From Botryllus schlosseri (taxonomy: Eukaryota): a stretch of DNA of 64,000 bases. The DNA lies in the NCBI GenBank assembly GCA_051294905.1, contig CM119372.1, forward strand, positions 27,220,001-27,284,000, given 5' to 3'. The notes below the pieces were generated by a model. It had not been told where the DNA came from. It ran no database searches and saw only the letters and a list, made by a program, of their open reading frames with translations. This document shows positions 1-10,515 of this stretch, one piece after another (positions within the stretch are counted from its first letter, which is position 1; each line of letters begins with the position of its first letter). The translations under genes and the position numbers were made by a program.

Positions 1-395
1 TATAAGTGATTCTATTAAAGTTTATATGAGGCTAGGTGCTGCTAAAAAATCACAAACTTGATTATTTCGGAATATAGAATAGATGACCAACTTCTTTCGT
101 CAAGCACCATAGGACCCATCATTCATACTGAAACTGTATACATCCTACAGTAAAATGGATGCGATTAACGATGAAGAATTTTATTCTTAAAATATTACAT
201 GAGATAAAACATGCGAACATCCATTATCTTGATAATGCCATTGCTATAGATGTCAGTCCGATTCCAACAAACACGAGTCCCTTCCAAACTTTATTGTAGT
301 CGAAAGCGGCATTATCAAAAAATCCTACAAAGCCATCCTGTAACAAAAATAGAAGATAATTTATAAATCCTAAGCGAAGCATGTAAATCACCTAC

Positions 396-869
396 CCATC
401 CTCCATTTCGCACTATCCACTTTAGTCTTCTGCTAGCAATGTAATTCCCAATTGTCTGTATGATAGCTTCTATATGCTCCCCGTGATGTTCATCCTCGTT
501 TTTGCGAGCAAGAATGCTACCGAGCACAAAAAGGCAGACAATCCTCCCCCAATTTTCTTTGGTATCTTTGAAAATTTCATCAGCTAGCATCAGGAACAGC
601 CGCTCATCGGGTAAATATTCTTTATATTTTTCATTGACTTCAACATCACTATAGCGGAGACGTTTGGAAACTGCGTTTAGGACTGTTCGATGTCGCTCGA
701 GCATTTCATCTCCAACTTGACGTAAGGTTCTCTCTGCTTTCGTATTTACCTTAACGCATGACCCGTCGAGTTCGTACATGATAAAATTCCTGGTCAAGGA
801 ATATGTTTCGGATATAATTTCATCCTTTTCTTCAGTGATCGAAGGTGCTGATACTCGTGATGATTCCAT
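396..869 (-). CDS. First coding exon of an anti-apoptotic Bcl-2 family protein, Mcl-1-like (BH3, BH1, BH2); the remaining exon(s) are not identified and probably lie left of the window
   Basis: ATG at 869 (MESSRV...). Motifs: BH3 TLRQVGDEMLERH, BH1 EIFKDTKENWGRIVCLF, BH2 WIVRNGGW. BH2 is followed immediately by the donor GTAGGT at 395, the intron position conserved after BH2 GW in Bcl-2 genes. The ORF extension to 315 is intron read-through. Confidence 0.9.
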
Positions 870-1974
870 GGCTTGAGGAGAATAGCGAGTCAAAGCTTAT
901 TTCGAGATCTAAGCTACTTTGGAAATGAGGATCCTAGGATTTGCTTAAGTTTCATCTATATCGTACAATGCGTTTTCGCGTTCCAGAATGACTTATGTCA
1001 ATGAAAAATAGCAAAAATTATCTTTCAATCCTTGATCATGGTTTTGTTTTTGAAAGATGTCGCGATGTCGGTATAATATTTTCTAAAACTTAAACTAGGA
1101 CGAAATCATGAATTTGTAGGACTTATGATTAACATATATTGTGCGCAGACAACTTTCTTACAAGAACTATGATATTCCTGTACTTGCGCGAATTACAAAT
1201 GCGGTATTGTAAATTAGTATATAGCCTACTACACAAAATCCGGAGTCTGAAAGTTTTTATTACAGTTGAGAAAAAGTACTCGATACGCTATATTTGAATC
1301 TAAAAATATTGCTTGGGGCTGTCTAGGTGCTTGGTAAGAACGCAGTAAAGGCATTGAACAGCATCAGTTGCGGGATTACTCGCATCAATTACTAGGTACA
1401 TAATAACGCAAGTTAACACAAGTTGGTTCGATCCTGAGCTTACGTGTACCAATTACTATAGCTACATAATACAACAACTTAACACTTGTAAAACACGATA
1501 TTTGGTCCCGGAGAACTGACGATATAGTTTCGAAGTCTCACTTCGTGGTATTACACTCATTTATCAGCAGTAAATTTCTAGTAAAGTACAATAAGTGATG
1601 ATGTCCGAGCGGCTAAACAAGTAAGTATCGACTTCTTCCGAGTACTCAAGTACGTTTTTTACCTACATGCAGCAAATATTCTCAAGTGTTTATGATATTG
1701 TACTGCTTCAAATCCATTATAGTTTCAGAATTAAGCAGAAAATACCTGGAATACTGACGTTTTACTTAGTCGGAAATAGGTACTTAGTAGGTAAATACGT
1801 ACTGGATGTGGGGTTGGAAGCCTAGACTAATAAGAGGAGCGTGATTGAAAATAGATGGAGGATCACTGGATTAAAGTTTACTGAATACCCCGCAATGTAA
1901 AATTAGTATATACTATACAAAATCCGAAGTATAGGTATGTGCTACGCTCCCGCAAAACAGATTCACGCAAATGT

Positions 1975-2187
1975 CGGTATAGAACTGCGTTAGTTTTAAA
2001 GTTGTTTAATCATGAAATGCGTAACAAAATTTAATATGGTACATTGTCATAATGTCTTACAACTGCGTACCGAGTTTCAAGGTGGGGGAGTCGATTATTA
2101 ACATGGTAATTCCGTTTTAAAGTTGTCTATGTATACGTACGTGCTGCGTTACGGAAAACAGATTAGGCCAAAAGTCGGTATAGAACT
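1975..2187. repeat. ~200-bp tandem repeat unit; the next unit is split by the LINE and resumes at 7594
   Basis: TCGGTATAGAACTGCGT...CATGAAAT...ACAACTGCGTACC.AGTTTCA.GGTGGGG at 1975-2088 recurs, diverged, at 7594-7708. Unit starts at 1975 and 2175 are 200 bp apart. Confidence 0.75.
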
Positions 2188-2313
2188 TATTATTATTATT
2201 ATATTTAAAAGCGATTTTAGTGACGCTTATAACAACTATGGTCTTTTGCGTCACGACGTAACGGTTGCTAATCGAATCGATATTGCGATAAGTAAATACA
2301 GTCAACTAAACAT

Positions 2314-5300
2314 TTAGTATTGTCTTTTTGTCTTCGCAAGGAATTCCCACAGCAAAGGTAATATATAATCACTTGTTATTACATTTTCCATGGTGAAGGG
2401 TACTCTCAGGTCCATTACGGCAGCTCTAAACTGGCATCTTTCATTAATGTACTTTGCACACTCCATAATAACGTGCTCTGCAGTTTCTTCTACATGGCAT
2501 GTGGTACAATCAGGGGTATCGGAGCATCCAATTTTGTTAAGATGGGAGTTGAGACGACAGTGTCCGGTGCGTAATCTGAAAATGGTCGTTTCGGCACGGC
2601 GTGGCGTGGTAAAAGTAGGTAGTTTTGTGTATATGTCAGGGCAGAACTGTTTGAAATGTGCTCCAGAGGCGGTTTCAATGAAACGTTGGTTCCAGTCTTG
2701 CCTACAGCGACCTAAAATCAATGAGTTGGCCTCGCTAGAAGTAAGATCTACACTTTGGTCAGCTAAGTCATGGGCCGCAGCCTCTTTCGCAAGTCGGTCA
2801 GCGACTTCGTTCCCTTCAATACCACAGTGTCCTGGAATCCATACGAAAGAAATATCTCTATGGCTTTCATGTAAGAGATGGTGAGTTAGTTCTAATATTT
2901 GATTGGTAATATAGTTATTTTCACCAAGATGGTTTTTCAACGACAGCAATGCACTCAAAGAGTCACTCAGAATAGCAACTCGTTCGATGGAATTTTCTGA
3001 AATCCATATCAGTGCATCGAATATTGCTTTCAGCTCAATCGAGAAGATTGATAGGAGTTTCGAACATACTTTTGATGTTCTTATATTGCGATCGGGGATG
3101 TAGAAGGAGTACCCAGCACCGTTGATGTTTTTAGATCCATCGGTGTAAACTAGCATTCTGTTTGGGTATTGCTCAAAAATATAATCTCTGAATATAGCAT
3201 CGACAAGGTGACTTGGTGGATCGCGTCCGAGGGCTGTTTGTAATGATGTATCAATCATAGCGCATTTCAATAACCAAGGGCATATGGTTAGAGGGTGGTC
3301 ACCTCTGACTTGCAAATCATCCAATATTTGAAGTCGGGATAAGAGATTGAAAGTCACAAATCGGTCCGAGAGTAGATTGTACATTTCCTCCCATGAACCC
3401 TCCAATAAACTGCGTGCTGGGTTTGATTGTTGTGTTCTGATCTTGGAACGGTACTTGAGACAAAGATATTGGTGCCTTAGAAAAAAGGGCATGTCGTTAC
3501 ACGAGGCCTCTAATACGCATATAGGGGTGCTGGACATGGCACCGCAAGAAAGTCTCAGAGCTTGATTGCGGATTGATATTATTTTCGTGAGGTGTGATTT
3601 CGGTGCGAAGAAGTACGCTTCCATGCCATACTCTATGATGGATCTTATCAGGCTCCTATACAGGGTTAATAGCGTTCGAGTGGATGCACCCCAAGATGTG
3701 CCGGATACCATTCTGAGTAAATTCATGCGCTTTGCGCATTTGGATGCAACGTTAGATGTGTGTATCTTATAGTTGAGTCTTTTGTCAAAAGTGACACCTA
3801 AATATTTGAAGGATTCCACATACCTCAGTTGATGACTTCCAAGTTTGAGTACAGGTTGTGCATAATTTCGCTTTTTCGTGAAAACCATTGCTACGGATTT
3901 CTCGACCGATACCATAAAACCCCACTTTACACACCATCGATGGATCTGATCAAGGGATGACTGAATGTTTTGAGCAAGTTGGTCAACAGCAAGACCGGCC
4001 TCCCAAATGGCACAATCGTCCGCATAGAGCCCCATGTCTGACTCGATAACTGTTGGAAGGTCATTTATCATAATGCTGAATAACAAAGGGCTAAGCACAC
4101 TCCCCTGCGGAATACCATTTTCGGTGAGGAAAATGTCGGATAACGTTGTCCCGATTCGAACTTGAAAAGTACGGTCGTGTATGAAATTGTTGATCCAAGA
4201 TAGACAAGGCCCCGAAATACCCATTTCCCGTAATTTATGGATGACAGCAGCCCTCCACACCATGTCATATGCTCTCTCGATGTCTAAGAAGACAGCCAAG
4301 ACCGATCTTCCATTATGGATAGCTTTGTAAGTGGCATCGTGTAATCGGAGAACATGATCCAGGGCCCGCCGTCCCCGACGAAAGCCACTTTGAGCTGAGT
4401 GGAGTAAGCCGTGCTTTTCTAGATACCAAGATAGTCGCTTCATAATCATCGTCTCCATCACTTTACAGAGGTGGCTGGTTAAGGCTATAGGACGATATGA
4501 CTGTGGGTCTGATCGGTCCTTGTTTCCTTTGGGAATTGGAATAACAATCGAGTGCTTCCAGCTGCGAGGGACAGTCCCATTGCACCATGAGTTATTTATC
4601 ACCGAAAGCATACTGAGTAGGGCATCTGGCGGGAAGTTTTTGAACATGGAGTAGCAAAGAGTGTCATGTCCCGGGGACGTGTCTTTTTTCGACTTCAGTG
4701 CTTTCTCAAGCTCTGCAATCGTGAAAGGATTGTTCAGAAGAGTATCGTTCCTATGGTGTTCGACTTCTATGAGGAGTGAAGCTCTCAAGTCCAACCTATG
4801 ACGGTAATTCAAAGAGCTGCTACAACGTTGGAATGTCTTCGCTAGTATTTGTGCTTTTCCTCTTTCATCAGTAATATAATTGCTCCCAACTTTCAAAGAT
4901 GCCACCGAACTATTAGAAAGATTGCCCGAAATAGAACGGACGACACTCCACACTTTCTGGAGATTTCCCCTGGTGCCAAGTGTTTCACAAAAGGATCTCC
5001 ATGATTCACGTTTCGCTGTTAGTATCACTCGTCTGCACTGTGCACGACTACGTTTAAATTCAGCAATGTATTGCGCATCAAACGTTTGCCTCATTTTCAA
5101 AAACGCTGCCTTCTTCTTTCTCACAGCCCTGGCACAATCGTCGTTCCACCATGGTACTGATGAGCGACTGTGACTTCTCTTGATTGGAATGGACAGGCTG
5201 GCCGCACATAATACATCACTAGTGAATTTGTCGACCATGGCGTCAATGTTGTTCCCTAAATTTGGCACCTCGGACAGATCAAGGATCTGGCGAAAGCTCG

Positions 5301-6027
5301 CCCAATCTGCCTTCGAGAGGGCCCAAGTGAGCGGACGTTTGTTAGAGCGGGGTAGTTTAGCCAATAAAGATGTCAGTATGACAAAATGATCACTGCCTAA
5401 TAGGGAGTTTGTCACGTTGGTAGAGCACGAGTGTGCGATATCTGCCGACGCCAGTGACAAGTCGATGAGTGAGGCCCTGCTCACTGCGTTGTATGCAGTA
5501 TTGATGCGAGTTGGACTCGTTGCGTTCAGGGTTACCAATCCATGCCGATTTATCGAATCATACAACAAGTGACCTCTGCGATTCGAGTTTCCAGCACTCC
5601 ATGACCAGTGATGGGCATTGAAATCACCTAATATCAAAGACCTGTTGGACAGGTCACCCAAGAAGTCTAAGTCACCATCAACAACTCGGTACTCGGGAGA
5701 GCAGTATATGTTACAGATCCGCAAACCGTTCACTTCGATGCACAGCGTATCTATACCATCACCGGGTGACTGAATATCGAGTATTCGATAAGACAATTGC
5801 TTATTGATTAAAATGGCTAGCCCACCACTGCGAAGTGTTTTATCTTTTCTTTCCATGATGTACCCTTTAATCTTTGGAACATATTTATCAATAAGATGTG
5901 TCTCTTGAATTAACATAATATCAGGAGGCGTAGGGAGTTGTTCTATAAAGTTCTTCAGTTCAGGTAACTTCCTGTATATTCCTCTGCAGTTCCATTGCAG
6001 TATAAGGACACCAGCGTTCTTATACAT
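2314..6027 (-). CDS. LINE ORF2 polyprotein: APE endonuclease, reverse transcriptase, RNase H, C-terminal CCHC (1237 aa)
   Basis: APE: QWNCRG, QET, GDFNAH, GSDH. RT: YRPIALTS, QSGFR, FLDIERAYD, GIPQGSVLSP, YADD, KYLG. RNase H: YTDGSK, SDSLSAL, WIPGHCGIEGNEVADRLAK. Zinc knuckle: CTTCHVEETAEHVIMEC. Confidence 0.97.
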   Translation of the reverse strand: MYKNAGVLILQWNCRGIYRKLPELKNFIEQLPTPPDIMLIQETHLIDKYVPKIKGYIMERKDKTLRSGGLAILINKQLSYRILDIQSPGDGIDTLCIEVNGLRICNIYCSPEYRVVDGDLDFLGDLSNRSLILGDFNAHHWSWSAGNSNRRGHLLYDSINRHGLVTLNATSPTRINTAYNAVSRASLIDLSLASADIAHSCSTNVTNSLLGSDHFVILTSLLAKLPRSNKRPLTWALSKADWASFRQILDLSEVPNLGNNIDAMVDKFTSDVLCAASLSIPIKRSHSRSSVPWWNDDCARAVRKKKAAFLKMRQTFDAQYIAEFKRSRAQCRRVILTAKRESWRSFCETLGTRGNLQKVWSVVRSISGNLSNSSVASLKVGSNYITDERGKAQILAKTFQRCSSSLNYRHRLDLRASLLIEVEHHRNDTLLNNPFTIAELEKALKSKKDTSPGHDTLCYSMFKNFPPDALLSMLSVINNSWCNGTVPRSWKHSIVIPIPKGNKDRSDPQSYRPIALTSHLCKVMETMIMKRLSWYLEKHGLLHSAQSGFRRGRRALDHVLRLHDATYKAIHNGRSVLAVFLDIERAYDMVWRAAVIHKLREMGISGPCLSWINNFIHDRTFQVRIGTTLSDIFLTENGIPQGSVLSPLLFSIMINDLPTVIESDMGLYADDCAIWEAGLAVDQLAQNIQSSLDQIHRWCVKWGFMVSVEKSVAMVFTKKRNYAQPVLKLGSHQLRYVESFKYLGVTFDKRLNYKIHTSNVASKCAKRMNLLRMVSGTSWGASTRTLLTLYRSLIRSIIEYGMEAYFFAPKSHLTKIISIRNQALRLSCGAMSSTPICVLEASCNDMPFFLRHQYLCLKYRSKIRTQQSNPARSLLEGSWEEMYNLLSDRFVTFNLLSRLQILDDLQVRGDHPLTICPWLLKCAMIDTSLQTALGRDPPSHLVDAIFRDYIFEQYPNRMLVYTDGSKNINGAGYSFYIPDRNIRTSKVCSKLLSIFSIELKAIFDALIWISENSIERVAILSDSLSALLSLKNHLGENNYITNQILELTHHLLHESHRDISFVWIPGHCGIEGNEVADRLAKEAAAHDLADQSVDLTSSEANSLILGRCRQDWNQRFIETASGAHFKQFCPDIYTKLPTFTTPRRAETTIFRLRTGHCRLNSHLNKIGCSDTPDCTTCHVEETAEHVIMECAKYINERCQFRAAVMDLRVPFTMENVITSDYILPLLWEFLAKTKRQY

Positions 6028-7399
6028 TTTGTGGAACTGCGCTCAAAAGGCTTTTCAGTGATTCAGGGTCGAAAGAAACGCTTAGCCACTTCTGAGCCGC
6101 GGAGGTAATCAATGACGGAAGATCGATATCATCGCTTGAACGACAAGTTTTAGCTGTGAGGTTCACAATTTCGCATATGAATGCGAAGAATAGTAACGGA
6201 TGTGTAGAAGACATGATAGATAGAATTGACGAGTCGTGATCTGATTCGGACGGGGTACTGGCGGTCTCGGTGGCCTCGTTTACATGAGAAGAGGTCTCCA
6301 AAAAGGATAAGTTCGCATCATTTGGAAGGGGTTGTCGCGGTGGACTGATTTTCGCCGAAGTTGACTTAGCAGAGGCGTTCTGACGTTGGTGTACAGCCTG
6401 CCGTCTATGTACAGCCTGACTATAAGTTTTACCGCTGGGAGTTGGCGACAATTGTGTATGTGAAGACGTTTCTGGTGCTTTTGATTTAGCATCGACATGC
6501 GATACTTTGGATTTAGCATCGACATACGATAGACTCTCTCGTTCTCGAATTATTTGTATTTTGGCTTCCCTTTTATACACTGGGCACCCACCGTATGCTG
6601 CGCTATGGGGCATTTTACAATTGACACACCTCTTTTCCTGATCGCACTGATGATGTTCATGCTCATGACTCCCACATTTGGAGCACGTTTTTCTTCCGCC
6701 GCAATTTGCCTTCGTGTGACCAAATCGATTGCATCGGTGGCACCTCAATGGGGGAGGATTATAGGGATTGGTCTTGAATCGAAGATATCCAATATACAAC
6801 TCATCTGGAGGTGTTGGAACATTAAACCCGAGCAGCATTGACAAACTAGCAACATAGCCATCAGTGGACTTGCGTTTTAGACGTTTAGCAAAGCACACGT
6901 GTGATTCGCTGAGGAATTCAACAACTTCGTATTCTGACATGTCAGCTGGCACACCTCGGATAACGGCCCTAGACGCATGCTGATGCAGTTTACTCTCATC
7001 GTAACATCCCGTATTAATTGGAATTGACACTACTCCGTCCGTAAACATATCTAGAGATAGGAGCTTATCGGCCTGCATGCGATTGTGGCAGGTGACGAGT
7101 AAGTCTCCCGACGGGAAGACACGAATCCCTTCATAATTACCAATCACTGCGTGTAAGCACTTGTTCACTGTGGTAGGATGATAGTGTTTCATCTTCCTAT
7201 CTTTACCCTTAACAACTATTTTCAAATTTTCGGTGCGAGCTGGATCGGCTGAGCGGCCAGAATAGTCTGCATCAGACTTATTATTCATTGCTTTCAATGG
7301 CGGACTATCACAATCAGACTCGCTTTGTGAACCCCTTTTACTGCGTTTTGACGTGACAACAGTAAATTCCATGTCATCGTTACCAACATCCGCTGCCAT
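6020..7399 (-). CDS. LINE ORF1, gag-like nucleic-acid-binding protein with three zinc knuckles
   Basis: First ATG at 7399. Knuckles: CHRCNRFGHTKANC, CSKCGSHEHEHHQC, CVNCKMPHSAAYGGC. The stop overlaps the ORF2 start by 8 nt (ATGTATAA). Confidence 0.93.
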   Translation of the reverse strand: MAADVGNDDMEFTVVTSKRSKRGSQSESDCDSPPLKAMNNKSDADYSGRSADPARTENLKIVVKGKDRKMKHYHPTTVNKCLHAVIGNYEGIRVFPSGDLLVTCHNRMQADKLLSLDMFTDGVVSIPINTGCYDESKLHQHASRAVIRGVPADMSEYEVVEFLSESHVCFAKRLKRKSTDGYVASLSMLLGFNVPTPPDELYIGYLRFKTNPYNPPPLRCHRCNRFGHTKANCGGRKTCSKCGSHEHEHHQCDQEKRCVNCKMPHSAAYGGCPVYKREAKIQIIRERESLSYVDAKSKVSHVDAKSKAPETSSHTQLSPTPSGKTYSQAVHRRQAVHQRQNASAKSTSAKISPPRQPLPNDANLSFLETSSHVNEATETASTPSESDHDSSILSIMSSTHPLLFFAFICEIVNLTAKTCRSSDDIDLPSLITSAAQKWLSVSFDPESLKSLLSAVPQNV

Positions 7400-7760
7400 C
7401 AGGCGGGATGGTGGCTTATACAGCAATTAACTTCTCACTGCACGTAATCCTATCCGAGTACCGCTAGAGTATTACTACAAGTAAGCCTTTACACCAGAAG
7501 ACCAAAACCTCGCAACAAGCTCTCGACGCTGATTGCAGGATGAGCTGCTCAATCTAGACACGTCCGCACACCTCGGCGGTCAGACGCGAATGATCGGTAT
7601 AGAACTGCGTTGGTTTTAAAGGTGTTACATCATGAAATGTCTGACGAAATTTGGTATGGTGTATTTTCATATTGTCCTACAACTGCGTACCAAGTTTCAC
7701 GGTGGGGATTAGCGTGATAAAAGGTAGTTTTTCGCTCTTTTTTTTTTTTATTTTTTCTTA

Positions 7761-8633
7761 AAATTAGTATTCATTTTACAAAAACGTCGTGTATAGGTAA
7801 AGTACTTGTACATTTCGTAGTGCTGAAGTATAAGTTTTTAAACTATTAACTAGCCAAAATTTTCAGAATATCAACTTTTGCGTGAAGTCTGTCTTGCATT
7901 TAGTTGTCGGCTCTGAAAGCAAGCAAAGTTTGTGGTATTTGCACAACATCGAAATTTGTACACTTCACGCTTATCTTATATCGAAAACATAAGTTAGTTA
8001 ACAATATTTCGAAACATGGGTATGAATAATTTTTAAAAACCTAAATATGCCGCATCCAAACTTAAGTCTGTCTTGCATTTAGTTGCCAGCTCTGAAAGCA
8101 AGCAAAGTTTGCGGTATTTGCGCAACATCGAAAATCGATAAAGTAGTCTAAAACCTAGTCACTTTTTACGTGGAGAGAGTACATAGCGAAGTACTTGTAC
8201 ATTTTGGAGTACTCAAGTATAGATTTGGCCTGCTTGCGCTATACTTAATGAATCATTCCTGTGTCATAAACACTTGAGTAGTTGGTGCGTGTAGACAAAA
8301 ACCTACTTGAGTACATAATTTTTTATTTTTCATTGAAATTAGTATTCATTTTACAAAACGTCGTGTAAAGGTAAAGTACTTGTACATTTCGGACTACTCA
8401 AGTATAGGTGGAAGTACTTTTACATTTTGGAGTACTCAAGTATAGATTTGGCCTGCTTGCGCTATAATTCATGAATCATTCCTGTGTCATAAACACTTGA
8501 GTAGTTGGTGCGTGTAGACAAAAACCTACTTGAGTACATATTTTTTTATTTTTCATTGAAATTAGTATTCATTTTACAAAAACGTCGTGTAAAGGTAAAG
8601 TACTTGTACATTTCGGAGTACTCAAGTATAGGT
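7761..8633. repeat. Complex local tandem duplications, including a near-perfect 223-bp duplication (8188-8410 / 8411-8633)
   Basis: GAAGTACTT.TACATTTTGGAGTACTCAAGTATAGATTTGGCC... at 8188 and 8411. AAATTAGTATTCATTTTACAAAA at ~7761, ~8336 and ~8559. AAGTCTGTCTTGCATTTAGTTG...GAAAGCAAGCAAAGTTTG at ~7885 and ~8064. Confidence 0.85.
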
Positions 8634-9910
8634 TTTGCCAGCTTATTATATGCTCAGTATATTATATGTCAAGAAAGAATCGAGCGAAAGCGCTGTTTCA
8701 CACCGTCTTGCGTCGGTCACGATTAGTTTTACTTTTCAACTAACTTGTTGTCTGTCGTTATATTCATTAGACTCGCTTTCATGCGGCTAATTTGTCCCTA
8801 TCATTATAACGTCGGGGATCGCGTACCTGCCGCGAAGGTGTTCGTTTAATTATAGCAATCGTTACAACGCGTGGGTTCGCGTACAGGTATCGAAAGTGTT
8901 TATATAATTAAAGCCCTGCGAATCGCACGCCTGCGGCTATAGTTCGTTCGATTATTTTCGCCTGGGGATTCGCGTATATGCTGCTAAGCTGTTACGACTT
9001 TAGAAAATTCTACAAGACTATTCGGAACGCGCACATGCGAGTGATTTGTTTCCGTAGCTACGAACTGGAGAATCGCTTGCCTGCGTCTAATAAAAATAAG
9101 TCGTAAAATGTGGAGGCTGCAGAGACCGTAACTTGTATACATAAAATCAAGTTTAAAAATATGGACGGATGAGTTATCTCTGACCAATAGAGTAATATAA
9201 CCGCCTATAGTTTAGTGGGGTATTGCTATAATGTATATCCAAACAATCGTTGCAGACTCTGAATGTTACCTAGGTCCTTATCGCAAAAAATCATGCATCA
9301 GAAGCGTAGAGATTCATATTATCAAGTCGCAGCGCTCAAAATCGCATATTATATTAAGTAATTAGTGATGATGTGTAGAATTTTGATATTAATAATATTA
9401 TCCGGAGAATATAGCCTTGCATATACATCATAGTTTTCGCATTTATGTATAATCTGAATAGGAATTTAAATACATAGTCCTAAATACACATAATAGAAAA
9501 TCTGACTAATATTATCAAGACGCATTTCACTAATACAAATATACATTGGATGTGGCAATGCCCGCGGCTGATGACGTAGCAGATGATGTGGCAATGGGCG
9601 GATGATGTGGCAATGTAGGCGTGGCAATTAAGGCGACGTGGCCTTCTGGGATTGGCCGGCAACAAAATTGCTTTATCCTACTACTCACGTCGTCCAACAT
9701 ACGAAGAGTGAAAAGATAAAGAACTAATCCTTATTAAGAAGCCTCGAAATCAGCTATCTTTCGTGAACGATTTCGATGTATACAACGGAGTTATCCATAG
9801 TATGCTATGGTTGAATAATTTGAGGACGTTCGGCATTTTTTATTTGTATGAATGTGGATGTGTTATTCCATTCGAATCGTTAAAGTTCACGAGAATAATG
9901 ATTCTTGCAG

Positions 9911-10036
9911 ACCACATGCAACGCCGCACTACAGGCGAGCAATCATGGCAGTAGGGATCACCTGGCTAATCTCAATTTTCGTGGGACTGATACCGCTGAT
10001 ACCTTCTTTAGAAGATTACTTTCTGCAGGATATATC
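9911..10036 (+). CDS. LGR/GRL101-like rhodopsin-class GPCR, exon encoding the end of ICL2 and TM4
   Basis: Acceptor TTGCAG (9910), donor GTAAGT (10037). Encodes PHATPHYRRAIMAVGITWLISIFVGLIPLIPSLEDYFLQDI. Phase 2/2, compatible with the next exon. Confidence 0.85.
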
Positions 10037-10515
10037 GTAAGTAATTTCCATATCGAAACACATCAGTGTTGACAAACAATCTCAAATTAACAACGCAATT
10101 TATATGGTGTTATTCCAAGATTAAACTTTAGGTTGGGTCTATTCACATCACGAGGATTTCGGAAATAAACTGTATAAGACCAAAGTAATCCGACATCTCA
10201 CGCGCGAGAAGTGTAGGCCTAAAATCCGTAATGTTCCCAAAGAAGAGCAAATTTACAATTACTTTGGTTTATTAATATCTGCTATTCTTGGTCATTTTTC
10301 TGAAATTCCAATATGGTTTTAGTAATGATGAGCCGTGAATTCTGACTTCATGTGGTAAAATACATAAGTAAACGATGTGGGATTATTGTCAACATAGTGT
10401 TTGAGAGCTGTATATTCCGTCAAATCGATTACATTACACGTCGAAAGAGTGGAAAATTTAGTTGAACTATGAATGTTTGGGCAACTGGTAAGCCAGGTCA
10501 CGTGAGCTGGTAAGG

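Larger units (their letters stand above)
2188..7593 (-). mobile_element. Full-length non-LTR retrotransposon of the I group (Nimb/I-like), apparently intact
   Basis: 13-bp TSD TCGGTATAGAACT at 2175-2187 and 7594-7606. The 5' end reads TCATTCGCG (CATT start typical of I-group elements) and there is a (TAA)n 3' tail at ~2188-2201. Both ORFs are uninterrupted. Confidence 0.95.

Noticed and set aside
315..395. C-terminal extension of the Bcl-2 ORF as a transmembrane tail
   Set aside because: It begins exactly at the GT donor after BH2 and is most simply intron sequence, although an intron-retained isoform cannot be excluded.
2390..6841. Several plus-strand and alternative-frame ORFs overlapping the LINE
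   Set aside because: They are antisense or frame shadows of ORF1 and ORF2 with no recognisable motifs.
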